Source: a virus. From it: 64,000 bases of DNA. This document shows positions 34,514 to 43,729 of this stretch, in pieces. The DNA is taken from the IMG/VR virus record IMGVR_UViG_3300047160_036265; one strand, 5' to 3'. A program made the position numbers and the translations under genes. The first letter of the stretch is position 1. Each line of letters begins with the position of its first letter. The notes beneath the pieces were generated by a model. It was not told the origin of the DNA. It saw only the letters and a program-made list of their open reading frames with translations, and searched no databases.

Positions 34514-35067
34514 AGGGGTTTAGGTAAGGGCGGCGACTGGCCCAGACGCTCCACACACATCTTCTGCATCCGCTCCACGGGGATGAGGTAGGCGAAGACA
34601 CAGGCCAGATATTGCTCCACGAAACTGCCGATCCCTGGGTTGGTGCTTTCCCGATTGCCGGCGATGTTGAGTACCTTGACCTTGTTGTTGACGATCCAGG
34701 TCACGGCCCCCTCGATGGTCGGTGGCTTTTTCACGTCCACGTCGAAATATGGCTTATCGAACCACTTCAGGGCTTTCAGAGTGCAGCGTTCGCCCGCCGT
34801 GTTAAAGTTGGCGGCAAAGCGCATCGTGCCGTCCGAATCCCGGACGTTAGCTTCCGTGCGAGGAGGGTACTTATCGCTCTCCATCTCCTTCAGGCCGAAC
34901 TGTGCAGCCAGGGCAGGGTTCGGGCCTTCCTCGGTCACACAGCCGAAGGGCACCCAACCTCCTGTGGCAATGCCCATCGTCCGTGCGGCCCGGAGGCCCG
35001 CCTGGTCAGCCCCCGTCTGGCCCCCCGACACCACCTTCTCCAGAGTCCACTCCCGGTCTTGCAGCAT
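34486..35067 (-). CDS. SLOG-superfamily (YpsA / MoCo-carrier-like) protein
   Basis: SGGQTGADQAGLRAARTMGIATGGWVPFG resembles the ISGGQTGVDRAALDAA...GGWCP signature. Confidence 0.45.
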   Translation of the reverse strand: MLQDREWTLEKVVSGGQTGADQAGLRAARTMGIATGGWVPFGCVTEEGPNPALAAQFGLKEMESDKYPPRTEANVRDSDGTMRFAANFNTAGERCTLKALKWFDKPYFDVDVKKPPTIEGAVTWIVNNKVKVLNIAGNRESTNPGIGSFVEQYLACVFAYLIPVERMQKMCVERLGQSPPLPKPLCLMRRAMQ

Positions 35068-35422
35068 CTCGTGTCTCCTTCATGCGCTGCTGATATTGAC
35101 GGGTCAGGTTGGCAACACCGGCCATACCGTGAATCGGCCCGTCAACTTTGCCAACTATCTCTGCACCGAGTTGCTGCGCCAACCAATTATGGTCGATCTT
35201 GGCCGGCTCCAGAGAAACGGCATAGTCGCCGTCCCGGACATGCGCCATCCGAAACTGACTCTCCCCTTTGATGAGTTTGTAGGTCAGATGCCCCGGCTTG
35301 CCAGGGCAGTAAGGTCCACTGTCCACGCTCCAGCCTTCCGGCACGGCAGCGAGCAGCGCCTCATAATACGGCTTCTCCTGGGGGCTTTCGCCCCGGCCAA
35401 ACACCTTGATGTCGTCGCTCAT
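35006..35422 (-). CDS. hypothetical protein
   Basis: 138-aa ORF with a low-complexity C-terminus. Confidence 0.4.
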   Translation of the reverse strand: MSDDIKVFGRGESPQEKPYYEALLAAVPEGWSVDSGPYCPGKPGHLTYKLIKGESQFRMAHVRDGDYAVSLEPAKIDHNWLAQQLGAEIVGKVDGPIHGMAGVANLTRQYQQRMKETRDAARPGVDSGEGGVGGPDGG

Positions 35423-35706
35423 CCCTTTTTCTCCCCCATGAGGATTGCAGACATTTCTCGCTCCGCAGCCTTCACCTTGTCCGGGTGCTGAAGGACGCTG
35501 GCGATAAAGGCGTCCTCACCGCCATCAGCCACGACCACGTTCGCCCAGCGTGCCAGCGGCAACCCCTGAATGGTCACGCCGACAGGATGGAAGTGGTCGA
35601 GGAACACTCTCGCGTCCTCCGGCGTCACTCCCTCCTGAAAGACGACGCACACCTTGCCAGGGATCGGGTGCGACTGTCCCCTGGGATCATTCACGCTCCA
35701 CACCAT
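35419..35706 (-). CDS. hypothetical protein
   Basis: ATGA-coupled. Confidence 0.4.
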   Translation of the reverse strand: MVWSVNDPRGQSHPIPGKVCVVFQEGVTPEDARVFLDHFHPVGVTIQGLPLARWANVVVADGGEDAFIASVLQHPDKVKAAEREMSAILMGEKKG

Positions 35707-35707
35707 G

Positions 35708-36082
35708 TTAATTTACCTCCGCATCGAAGTAGAAGATTTCGTCGCCGTCCCGAATCACTTCCAGCCACTTGGTATGGTGGTCATTGATGATCTGGGGGTT
35801 GAGCATGATACGAAGGCCCAACTCCATGATCGACCGCATGAAATCTTCGGGGTCGGTGACGACCTTGATGGCGTAGCCCCCGAAACCAATTTTCTTTTGC
35901 AACTGCGCCATCACTGCCCGCAAATCCGCCTCGGCACTGAACAGCAGCATGAAGAAGTTTTCGCAGCCTTCTATTTGGATGCAGAAGGCTTCGTTATTGA
36001 CGACAGGTAGGAGCGCTTTATTCAGGTCAACATTGACCTTCTTCCCATTCCATCGAGGCTTACCCCAAGGCTGCGCTGACAT
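35708..36082 (-). CDS. hypothetical protein
   Basis: Trimmed to MSAQPWGK. The longer ORF would overlap the upstream gene. Confidence 0.45.
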   Translation of the reverse strand: MSAQPWGKPRWNGKKVNVDLNKALLPVVNNEAFCIQIEGCENFFMLLFSAEADLRAVMAQLQKKIGFGGYAIKVVTDPEDFMRSIMELGLRIMLNPQIINDHHTKWLEVIRDGDEIFYFDAEVN

Positions 36083-36084
36083 TT

Positions 36085-36471
36085 TCAAATTCCCAGGATG
36101 TATTTGGTGGTCAACAACAGGGCGGTCGCATGAAGAAACTGGTCGAAACCGATGGTTCGGAAAAACGCACTCACCTGCTGACGCTTCCAGTAATTGCTGG
36201 TGATGCGGCTGGTGACGGCATCGGTTCCAAAATGCAGGGCGAAGTTGACCGCCAGCCACAGAAAGAAGAGGCCGGCATAAGCAGGCCCGTTCAGGGACAA
36301 AGCGATCAGCACGAAACCGATATACACGGCCACCACCGTCGTATAGGCCAGGACGTGCATGGTCAGGGCCAGCCAGTCCTTGCTCTTGTTATCCGCCATG
36401 TAGCGGCTTTGACAGACGAAATCTCCAATCCAATGGGCGAACAATAAACCGATAAATACGAACGCTTCCAC
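36085..36471 (-). CDS. hypothetical multi-pass membrane protein (GTG start)
   Basis: Four hydrophobic segments. A TAGTG overlap couples it to the upstream stop. Confidence 0.5.
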   Translation of the reverse strand: MEAFVFIGLLFAHWIGDFVCQSRYMADNKSKDWLALTMHVLAYTTVVAVYIGFVLIALSLNGPAYAGLFFLWLAVNFALHFGTDAVTSRITSNYWKRQQVSAFFRTIGFDQFLHATALLLTTKYILGI

Positions 36472-36776
36472 TATCCCTCCGGCGGCAGTTTGTCCTCCAT
36501 TCTATTATACATCTCGTTGCCGCCGATGATTACCTGGGTGAGAATGTCCTTGTACAGCCCTTTCAGGTCGTTGAGCGCGAAAGCGATTTCCGGCTGGGGG
36601 TGATCCTCAAAGTACGTTAGAACGGCCTTGATGCTCATGGCAACACCGAAGGCATTGTCGCCCCGAACGAACAGACCGGGCCAGTCCTCGCCAATCTGGA
36701 TCGGCCCACTTTCCACCCGGCCCAGGCCATCGTCTGGGGCGGGGAGGCGTCTCACGGTTGGTTGGTCGCCGGCCAT
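36471..36776 (-). CDS. hypothetical protein
   Basis: RBS GGAGAAA precedes the MAGDQPTV start. Confidence 0.35.
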   Translation of the reverse strand: MAGDQPTVRRLPAPDDGLGRVESGPIQIGEDWPGLFVRGDNAFGVAMSIKAVLTYFEDHPQPEIAFALNDLKGLYKDILTQVIIGGNEMYNRMEDKLPPEG

Positions 36777-36985
36777 TGGATTTCTCCGTGTCCTGGCTGG
36801 CCTTTCTTCAGGCAGTCCGAAGAAACGCAGGTGCCGCTGGGGTCTACATAAATGACGCCACAGCCTTCGCAAATCGTGATGCCGGCCCGCCCTTGGTTCC
36901 AGTCCTCCGGGGAAGTCACGCCCTTCAGTTGGCCACGATCATCCCCGAACAGTTCGACTGAGCAGGCTTTGCAGAAATCCGCCAC
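36752..36985 (-). CDS. hypothetical Zn-ribbon protein
   Basis: CKAC...CEGCG...C motifs. Confidence 0.4.
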   Translation of the reverse strand: MADFCKACSVELFGDDRGQLKGVTSPEDWNQGRAGITICEGCGVIYVDPSGTCVSSDCLKKGQPGHGEIQWPATNQP

Positions 36986-36994
36986 GCTAGTCTC

Positions 36995-37474
36995 CTAGAA
37001 TGTGTATCGCCGTCCCATCTCGTCCTTAAATCGGGCGTAGCACTCCAGCATGGTCGGGGCATCCACGATGGTATCACCCAGGAAGATGACCTTCTCGTTG
37101 GGAGTGTGCCGGTTGGGGTCCAAAATCGTGACCGCCTCGGCTGGTTCCATTTTAGAGCAAGCCACGACGTATGCCAAGGCCGCACTGCGGCCCATGCCCG
37201 CCGTACAACACACAACGAGGTTGTCCTTGTCGGCGGCAAAATTGACCGCCTCTCGCACCTGGGACGGTTCCACCATCCGGTGATTGTCCCGGTGAAATTC
37301 GATGTCATCGAACATCAATTCGCAAACTCGGTTGGCCTGCCGCTTAATCTCGCTCAGGTACTCCTCGTTGTCGTACTTCCTGCCAGTGTTGACGATCAAA
37401 ATAACGTCGTATGTTTTGGGATTCTCACCGAGAAATTCGGCAGCCGCTCGGTGGCTGCATATTTTGGGTTTCAT
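36995..37474 (-). CDS. protein tyrosine / dual-specificity phosphatase (CX5R)
   Basis: VVCCTAGMGRSAA is the HCxxGxxRS P-loop. Confidence 0.7.
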   Translation of the reverse strand: MKPKICSHRAAAEFLGENPKTYDVILIVNTGRKYDNEEYLSEIKRQANRVCELMFDDIEFHRDNHRMVEPSQVREAVNFAADKDNLVVCCTAGMGRSAALAYVVACSKMEPAEAVTILDPNRHTPNEKVIFLGDTIVDAPTMLECYARFKDEMGRRYTF

Positions 37475-37773
37475 CGTAGCTCCTTGAGTTTAAGAAACAG
37501 TTCCGCCGCCTCTTCGGGCGAGTCGTAATACTCATCCATTTCCTGCTCCCGCTTGACCCGATTCCGCTGGGCGAGCGTGAGGGCATCCGGGATCGGCTCT
37601 CCCTCGAAGAAGAGGAAGCTGACCATATAGCTGCCATCCGTGGGGTAGACCGCCAGGGGTGTACGCATTTCCAGACCCAGCCCCGCCTTCAGGACCGTGA
37701 CAATGGCCTCCTTCAAGGTGTCCCGGTCCACCGGCGGCTCGGCAGCAGGCACTTCTTGCTTGGTCATGGCCAT
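37471..37773 (-). CDS. hypothetical protein
   Basis: ATGA-coupled. Confidence 0.45.
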   Translation of the reverse strand: MAMTKQEVPAAEPPVDRDTLKEAIVTVLKAGLGLEMRTPLAVYPTDGSYMVSFLFFEGEPIPDALTLAQRNRVKREQEMDEYYDSPEEAAELFLKLKELR

Positions 37774-37774
37774 A

Positions 37775-38278
37775 TTACCCTCCTTGCGTTTCGAGGTCCA
37801 CTTTTATCCCATTCTCCTGAAGCACCTTGGCAGCCTTGGCAAGCTCACGGGTCTTCTTCTTTTCGGCACGCTTTCGCTTGGCCTCGGCCTGCTGGCGCTT
37901 CTGGTTGTCGATGACCTTCTTGGCCTTCTGGTACTGCTTGTATTGGGCTTCGTCCAACGCCGACTGGACGCTAACCTCCTGCACCAGTTTACTCCCGTTG
38001 GCCAAGGATGTTAAGTTGTAGGACTGTAATTTGTCCAGATCAACTGGCAGGACAGTGGGGTAGCCCTGGCCGGAAATCAGATAGAAATTCTTGTTCAGTG
38101 CGAGCCTGGCGTCACGGTCCACGACCTTCTTGACGTTCTTCCAGCCGGCACGCTCCAGGTCGGCCTGAATCTCATAGTCGGGGTTCTCCAGCAGTTCGGC
38201 CAGACTCACTTCCTTCACTTCAATTTGGGCATCATCCTCGTGATACCAAATTTGATTTATCAGCAGTATCTTGAACAT
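37775..38278 (-). CDS. hypothetical protein with Lys-rich C-terminus
   Basis: 167-aa ORF. Confidence 0.45.
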   Translation of the reverse strand: MFKILLINQIWYHEDDAQIEVKEVSLAELLENPDYEIQADLERAGWKNVKKVVDRDARLALNKNFYLISGQGYPTVLPVDLDKLQSYNLTSLANGSKLVQEVSVQSALDEAQYKQYQKAKKVIDNQKRQQAEAKRKRAEKKKTRELAKAAKVLQENGIKVDLETQGG

Positions 38279-38323
38279 TGATATATCCTCGCTAAAATAT
38301 TATAAACCCTTACAGGAGGTAGT

Positions 38324-38887
38324 ATGCTTTCGACCCTTTTGACGACTATTGCCCTCTTTGCCCCCGTTGACATGCCGACACCGCCGGATACGGTGTTCTG
38401 CCAGGAACGGCGGCAAGACACTGCGAACACTGCGAACACCATTCGCCAGACTATCCGCCGGATTGTGGAGCAAACGCCCCCGACCAGGCCGAACCGAGAT
38501 GAGAAACCATCCACCCAACCAACCCCAACAACCCCGCCCGCTATGCCACAGGCGGATGAAGCTCACACTGTCCCGCCACCGGCCCTGCCGCCCCAGGCCA
38601 ATATTTTGCCGGTGAATGGACTGCCGCCCGTGCCGGCTTTGAACGGCTACTGGCGACCGACCCGTTACGGCTGGCGCTGGATTACTCTGCCGCCGGGTGT
38701 GCCGCCTCCTCCACCGGAGCTTGGCTACTTCTACGGATTTGACGGAACGGCACCTTACGGCTACAACTATCCCGCCTACGGCCCCAATTTCGGTCGGCCC
38801 TTTGTTCACCCGTTTACCTTCCGGGACTATCAAGAGTTCCGAGAGTTTCAGCGCCTCTACGAGCGCTTCCGCCACGGTCGCCGCTAA
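38324..38887 (+). CDS. secreted Pro-rich protein
   Basis: RBS AGGAGG precedes the signal-like N-terminus MLSTLLTTIALFAPV. The protein has PTPTTPPAMPQ tracts and is followed by a strong terminator. Confidence 0.55.
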   Translation: MLSTLLTTIALFAPVDMPTPPDTVFCQERRQDTANTANTIRQTIRRIVEQTPPTRPNRDEKPSTQPTPTTPPAMPQADEAHTVPPPALPPQANILPVNGLPPVPALNGYWRPTRYGWRWITLPPGVPPPPPELGYFYGFDGTAPYGYNYPAYGPNFGRPFVHPFTFRDYQEFREFQRLYERFRHGRR

Positions 38888-38893
38888 CTAGAA

Positions 38894-38922
38894 AAGGCCA
38901 GGTCAACCCTGGCCTTTTTTTT
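38894..38922 (+). terminator. rho-independent terminator
   Basis: aaggccagg-tcaac-cctggcctt followed by TTTTTTTT. Confidence 0.65.
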
Positions 38923-39166
38923 CATCGTAGATGCCACCCGGCCCGGTACGACGCATTAAGACGGCCATCACGAAAATGAAGACCGTCATCAAGGGCATGT
39001 AGGGAATGGCCCACCAGGGCCATTCCCAGACATAGAGGCCGTGGCGATTTAAGAAAGGCCCGAAGACAAAAAACCCCAGGGCGACATACCACCAGGGATT
39101 CTTCCAGACCTGGGGGAAGGCCCAGCGACACTCCTGCCAGAACGTCATCTTATTCCTTGCGTCCAT
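38903..39166 (-). CDS. hypothetical membrane protein (Trp-rich)
   Basis: 87-aa ORF. Confidence 0.4.
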   Translation of the reverse strand: MDARNKMTFWQECRWAFPQVWKNPWWYVALGFFVFGPFLNRHGLYVWEWPWWAIPYMPLMTVFIFVMAVLMRRTGPGGIYDEKKGQG

Positions 39167-39695
39167 GCTGCTGCTCCTTCATGTTGCCAATCGTCAGGTG
39201 GAAACACTTCAAGAAGCCTTCAGGCGGCATGGTGTACTGACTTGACACCGGCAACCCAAGCTCCAGTCGAATGTCCTCCAGGCGGGAGCAGAAGGCGTTC
39301 AGCCACCAATAAACCGTGCCGTGGTAAATGTGGTTGCTGTAGAGGAACTTGATCTCCTCCCCCTCATATTTGGACCAGGCATCGAGATTGGTCGGAACCT
39401 CGTTGCGGACCACCGAGATGTGCGGAGCGTACATCTGCTTGTTGGGCTTGCCCTTCCACGGTGGAATCAGCGCTCGGTAGTAGTCTACGATAGCCTTGTC
39501 GATTTCCACCACCAGCCGATAGCCGTAGCCGTCCTTGATACTGTAGCGCAACACCCCCACAGACTCAAACAGTTCGCCCTTATACGGAACTGGAATCTTC
39601 GGAATCGGATTGGTCAGCGGGGAGTCCACTTTTCGCTCTCCAGGCTCGGCACACAACTTCGGCAAACTTGTCGGCCAAGGCGTTGGTGAAAGCAT
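39150..39695 (-). CDS. hypothetical protein (start uncertain)
   Basis: 181-aa ORF overlapping the next gene. Confidence 0.4.
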   Translation of the reverse strand: MLSPTPWPTSLPKLCAEPGERKVDSPLTNPIPKIPVPYKGELFESVGVLRYSIKDGYGYRLVVEIDKAIVDYYRALIPPWKGKPNKQMYAPHISVVRNEVPTNLDAWSKYEGEEIKFLYSNHIYHGTVYWWLNAFCSRLEDIRLELGLPVSSQYTMPPEGFLKCFHLTIGNMKEQQHGRKE

Positions 39696-39966
39696 CGCCC
39701 AGGCGGGTCATCACGTCAATGTGGTCGTCGGCAACGTAAACCTCGAACCAGCGTTCCTCATGGAGCATCGGCCCTTCGATATTGAAGGCCCGACGCAACG
39801 GATGGGTGGGCGTCCCTGGCAGCTTTATGGTCCACCAGGGATGGCCCTCCTTCGTCGGGTCGTTGGTTATCTCCCCGACTCCTCCCAGAAAATCCTCAAG
39901 GACGAACAACAGTTGCTCGTCCGTGGGTTTCTCATCCTGCCAGGTGATGAAACGGTCAAGCGCCAT
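39580..39966 (-). CDS. hypothetical protein
   Basis: Trimmed to MALDRFITW. Confidence 0.4.
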   Translation of the reverse strand: MALDRFITWQDEKPTDEQLLFVLEDFLGGVGEITNDPTKEGHPWWTIKLPGTPTHPLRRAFNIEGPMLHEERWFEVYVADDHIDVMTRLGDAFTNALADKFAEVVCRAWRAKSGLPADQSDSEDSSSV

Positions 39967-40282
39967 GTTTGTAATTTCCAAAACAGGTGAGGGCCATGAC
40001 CCGCACGATGGTGAGGCTACCCTTAGCGTACTTCTGGTACGCCTCCTTGTATACCTCGTTGTAGGAGTTGTCACCTACGAACACCGTTGCCCGTTTGACG
40101 CTCTTGGACCACTTGCCGTCAGCGTAGAACAGGTAGCCTTTGGCAAGCTGGCGGACCACGACGAAGTGGCCGTCCCGGTCCTCCATCTCCTTGAGGCAGT
40201 TGAGGCAGAAACGGGCGTCGTAACCCTCATGAACGTGGGTCCATTTGCCCCACTCGGTATGCGGGCACTCCTCCTCCTGCAA
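39956..40282 (-). CDS. hypothetical protein
   Basis: 108-aa ORF. Confidence 0.4.
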   Translation of the reverse strand: MQEEECPHTEWGKWTHVHEGYDARFCLNCLKEMEDRDGHFVVVRQLAKGYLFYADGKWSKSVKRATVFVGDNSYNEVYKEAYQKYAKGSLTIVRVMALTCFGNYKHGA

Positions 40283-40325
40283 CTTGTGGAGCTTCTGCTG
40301 CCACTCGTTGTAGAGTTTGTTCCAG

Positions 40326-40583
40326 TCAGTCAGCTTTTGCTTCCTTATTTTCAGTCTCCTTCGGGTCGAAGCCCATTGTGTCTTCCAGGTTCTTGCCCTG
40401 CTGATGCAGGCTTATCACCGTGCAGTTCTCCACCGCCCAGGTCAGGTCGGTGAGCATCGAGCGCACGGCCCGCCGGTCCACGTCGTTGTCGAGGTACTGG
40501 CTATAATCCTCCATCATGCCACGGGTTTCGCTGAGGATTTTCGCCAGCGCACCGAACCGTCCGGCCAGTTCCATCTTGTTCAT
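40326..40583 (-). CDS. hypothetical protein
   Basis: Trimmed to MNKMELAGRF. Confidence 0.4.
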   Translation of the reverse strand: MNKMELAGRFGALAKILSETRGMMEDYSQYLDNDVDRRAVRSMLTDLTWAVENCTVISLHQQGKNLEDTMGFDPKETENKEAKAD

Positions 40584-40587
40584 GGCA

Positions 40588-41631
40588 TCACCATACCTCA
40601 ATATCACCATCGTTTTCTATGCCAGTCACCTTCGCACCGTTGTAAAGCACGTCGCCCGGCTTCAATTCGCCCGCACGCCGGGAAGCCCCGCCCGGCACAA
40701 CATAGGGGGTTTCTTCACTGCACCGAACTGGCTCAACCTCCCCCTCCACCGACATTAGGAGCGCCGGCGTGGTTCGCGTTGCCACGCCCCTTCGGGCTTG
40801 CAAGGAGCGGGTAACAAACTTGAAAAACCCGATATTCGCGTTGGCGTCCGGCAGTGATAAAACGCAAGTATACGGGACACCACAGTGGGGATCAATACGC
40901 TCATCAAAGGCCCGCTTGTAGAAAAAGGGCGGGTAGCTGTTCCAGTAATGGATATTGCAAACGTCCGTCAGGAAGCTGGGAACCTTCATGCGATGGTCCA
41001 GGTGCGATTCAAAATTCATGACAACCTCAATAGGCAGGTTGATGGCTGCCAGCCCCATTGCCATGCCCACCATTTCCCGGCAATAATACCCCATCTCCCC
41101 GCCGTGCAGCTTGCCGCTCGCCACCGGATAATTCTCGGCCAGGAACTTGCAATAACCGACCATAACCTCGAAGATGGAATCCGGGGCGGTGTTGAACTGA
41201 TAAAAAGCCCCAACCGGATACCAATTTGCAAACGGGAAGCGGTCGTAACCGTGTCCTTGTTCCAAGATGTCCCGGTGCATCCCCTCGACATACTGGCAGG
41301 CAATGGGTGCAGCACTCTGAGGCGGAACCTGCCTCATCACCACGTCGGCGTCCATGAGAGTTACGGGTTGGCGCACTAACCCCTTCTTGACGGCCACCAG
41401 CAGCGAATAGGGCTTGGTCATGGGGTAGCAATACTGGTCCCAGGAGGCACCAATGTGAGGCACCTGAAAAGCTCGCCGCCAGGACGGGGGAGGGTTGGGC
41501 GGGCCAATCAGCGGATCGGACCACGCCACCACCAAGTTGTTCTCGATGCCCAATAAGGTCATGCTCTCCACCAGCAAATCTAATTGCCAGCGCATGAAAG
41601 GGCGGTTTTCAATGTGAACTAGATAATCCAT
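40588..41631 (-). CDS. hypothetical protein (~347 aa)
   Basis: Trimmed to MDYLVHIENRPF. The N-terminal extension of the 423-aa ORF is Ser/Arg-rich junk that overlaps the upstream gene. Confidence 0.5.
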   Translation of the reverse strand: MDYLVHIENRPFMRWQLDLLVESMTLLGIENNLVVAWSDPLIGPPNPPPSWRRAFQVPHIGASWDQYCYPMTKPYSLLVAVKKGLVRQPVTLMDADVVMRQVPPQSAAPIACQYVEGMHRDILEQGHGYDRFPFANWYPVGAFYQFNTAPDSIFEVMVGYCKFLAENYPVASGKLHGGEMGYYCREMVGMAMGLAAINLPIEVVMNFESHLDHRMKVPSFLTDVCNIHYWNSYPPFFYKRAFDERIDPHCGVPYTCVLSLPDANANIGFFKFVTRSLQARRGVATRTTPALLMSVEGEVEPVRCSEETPYVVPGGASRRAGELKPGDVLYNGAKVTGIENDGDIEVW

Positions 41632-42235
41632 GTTTCGGTGCGGCCTTACGGAACTCCGTGGCCAGGCTATTATAGACCGGCTGATACTTGTCCTTGAAAT
41701 ACTCCCAATTGTATTGTTGGGCATCACGGATTTCAAACCAGAAGCGATTGGCGGCGGCGTAGTTGCTGAGCCGCCCCGTGCTGGCGATCTGGGTTCCGAA
41801 AATGAGAATCCGCAGGCTGTGGAACAGGCTCTTCCAGCCGATGTAATAGTCCTTTTCAACTTCCAGCTTCTTTTTGGCCTTCACGAAACTGTGACTGGCC
41901 TTTTGCGACAACTCGCTGCGCAAGGTGCCAAGGTCGAGGGCAAAGGTGAATTCCTTCGCCACCCGGCCATCGGGCAGATAGTACGCCTCCAAGGCGTGTA
42001 TCTTGTGCCGATTAAGCTGGTCTTGGAAGTCCCGGCGGTTGAAGATGTGTATGTTGACGTTATCGCGCTGATATTCCTCGCCGGTGTCAGCCCGGCGGTT
42101 CGCTGGGACAATCGCCAGATAATCCTCGTCGGAATCCTTACCGGCGGTGCCATAGACCCTGGACCCGTAGGGAACAAACAGCACGTCCTGTTCCCTGAGT
42201 CCGTAGGTAGCCCGGAAGTAGGTCAAGGGGTCCAC
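41609..42235 (-). CDS. Pol-beta superfamily nucleotidyltransferase (second copy type)
   Basis: LFVPYGSRVYGTAGKDSDEDYLAIV. Confidence 0.55.
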   Translation of the reverse strand: MDPLTYFRATYGLREQDVLFVPYGSRVYGTAGKDSDEDYLAIVPANRRADTGEEYQRDNVNIHIFNRRDFQDQLNRHKIHALEAYYLPDGRVAKEFTFALDLGTLRSELSQKASHSFVKAKKKLEVEKDYYIGWKSLFHSLRILIFGTQIASTGRLSNYAAANRFWFEIRDAQQYNWEYFKDKYQPVYNSLATEFRKAAPKHGLSSSH

Positions 42236-42256
42236 GATGCACCGTCACTCTCCAGT

Positions 42257-42580
42257 TTATATGACCTTGCCCAATATGGCGATTAGCCAGGGGCGGTCCT
42301 CCATGTTATGGCAGAAGTTGATGATCTTCTCCAGTTCACCGCTGACTTGCAGGGCCTTCAACTCCTGCACCATTTTGACCAACATCTTGATGTCCGCCTG
42401 AAGTTTGTCCTGCGTCATGCCGGCAATCGAACCTGCCACGAAGGCAGTGACAATATGTACGATAGCAGGGTGGTCGTTCTCCAGACGGTCCAGAACGTCG
42501 ATGAGCTTGTCATCAGGCGTTAAAGTATCCCGTATCTTCTCTAACGCTGCGCCCATCGTAGCGAAATCATTGGTTGTCAT
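42257..42580 (-). CDS. hypothetical protein
   Basis: Trimmed to MTTNDFATMG. The upstream part of the ORF is simply the translation of the tRNA-Gly gene. Confidence 0.5.
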   Translation of the reverse strand: MTTNDFATMGAALEKIRDTLTPDDKLIDVLDRLENDHPAIVHIVTAFVAGSIAGMTQDKLQADIKMLVKMVQELKALQVSGELEKIINFCHNMEDRPWLIAILGKVI

Positions 42581-42600
42581 ATGCCTCCTTGCTAAGACAG

Positions 42601-42673
42601 AGCGGGTGATGGGACTCGAACCCACGACATTCACGTTGGCAACGTGACGCTCTACCAACTGAGCTACACCCGC
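42601..42673 (-). tRNA. tRNA-Gly (anticodon GCC)
   Basis: Manual fold: GCGGGTG acceptor, GCTC-AGTTGGTA-GAGC D-arm, anticodon loop TTGCCAA, T-arm GTGGG-TTCGAGT-CCCAT. Confidence 0.85.
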
Positions 42674-42690
42674 ATTACTTATATAGTGCC

Positions 42691-42906
42691 TCAACCCAAA
42701 TTATAACCCACCCGCCGGAGCGTTCGCACCCCCTCCACCAATTCGACCCGGTGTGTGACGCCAGGAGGCGTCGGCCCATCGCCCTCATATACCTGGCCGT
42801 TGGCAACCAGGGCTTCAATAAACTTCAGGGCAGCCTTTATAGCCCTCTCATCGGTGCCTACCGTTTGCACGTCGATGTCACCCAGAGCCGTGTCCTTCAG
42901 GATCAT
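42691..42906 (-). CDS. hypothetical protein
   Basis: 71-aa ORF. Confidence 0.4.
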   Translation of the reverse strand: MILKDTALGDIDVQTVGTDERAIKAALKFIEALVANGQVYEGDGPTPPGVTHRVELVEGVRTLRRVGYNLG

Positions 42907-43453
42907 TGGTTCCCTCCTTTTTAATTTGCTCCATGAGCCATTGGATGGTGCGCTTGGCCCCAGCGAAGCTCATGACCGCCAGGCTGGGGTAATACTTCTC
43001 GATCTCCGTGCGCCAGCGGTTATCGGCCTTGCGAGCCTCGCAGTTAGACATAACGTAGGCGACAACCGCCCGGTGTCCGCCCTCGGCCATCTGCTTCTCC
43101 AGGGCCTCCTTCTTGAATCCAAAACAGGCCAGTTCGGCAATCCAGCCGTTATCGACCGGGTAGACGAACTCATCCAGGTCGAACGTCACCGGGAGGCCGT
43201 TGTCGGTGTTGACAGCGTAAGTGCCAGTGTCCGACTGGAGCTTGATATATTGCGTGGGCAACCCAGGGCGTTCCACGTTATGGAACTTGGCCCCAGGCTT
43301 CAGCGTTTCAAATTTCACCCACCCCTCCGGCGGGTGATAGTTTCCACTTGGCTTCACCATGTTTGCTATCCCCAATATGTATGGGGTGATGAGTTCAACA
43401 ACGTCGCGCATCTCCTGGTAATGAGCCGCTTCCCAGGAGTGGAAAGTCCTCAT
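42878..43453 (-). CDS. hypothetical protein
   Basis: Trimmed to MRTFHSW. Confidence 0.45.
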   Translation of the reverse strand: MRTFHSWEAAHYQEMRDVVELITPYILGIANMVKPSGNYHPPEGWVKFETLKPGAKFHNVERPGLPTQYIKLQSDTGTYAVNTDNGLPVTFDLDEFVYPVDNGWIAELACFGFKKEALEKQMAEGGHRAVVAYVMSNCEARKADNRWRTEIEKYYPSLAVMSFAGAKRTIQWLMEQIKKEGTNDPEGHGSG

Positions 43454-43722
43454 GTCTGCTGCCCTTGCTGCTGCTCGGCCCACCATTCCGCTAGGGTCTT
43501 GCCGGACTTCTCCAGCATCTCCTTGAACTCCCGGCCCCGACGCTTACGGCACTCACACACGCAGTCAGGGCAGTCACAGAAGGCCACGGCCCCGCATTCG
43601 GTGCAATAATCCTGGTTGAGCCAAGCGATAATCTTGAGTCGATCAGCGTCCTCCAGGCGGGAGATCGCCTCCTGCAACTGGCTGACGGTCAACCGGGTCG
43701 CCACCGTGTTGTATTCCTGCAT
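43450..43722 (-). CDS. hypothetical Cys-rich protein
   Basis: CTECGAVAFCDCPDCVCEC motifs. Start trimmed to MQEYNTVA. Confidence 0.4.
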   Translation of the reverse strand: MQEYNTVATRLTVSQLQEAISRLEDADRLKIIAWLNQDYCTECGAVAFCDCPDCVCECRKRRGREFKEMLEKSGKTLAEWWAEQQQGQQT

Positions 43723-43729
43723 CAAGCCC

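Noticed and set aside
42580-42694. N-terminal extension of ORF 42257..42694 (MRHYISNAGVAQLVERHVANVNVVGSSPI...)
   Set aside because: It is the in-frame translation of the tRNA-Gly(GCC) gene; AQLVER is the classic tRNA-translation signature. The gene was trimmed to start at MTTNDF.
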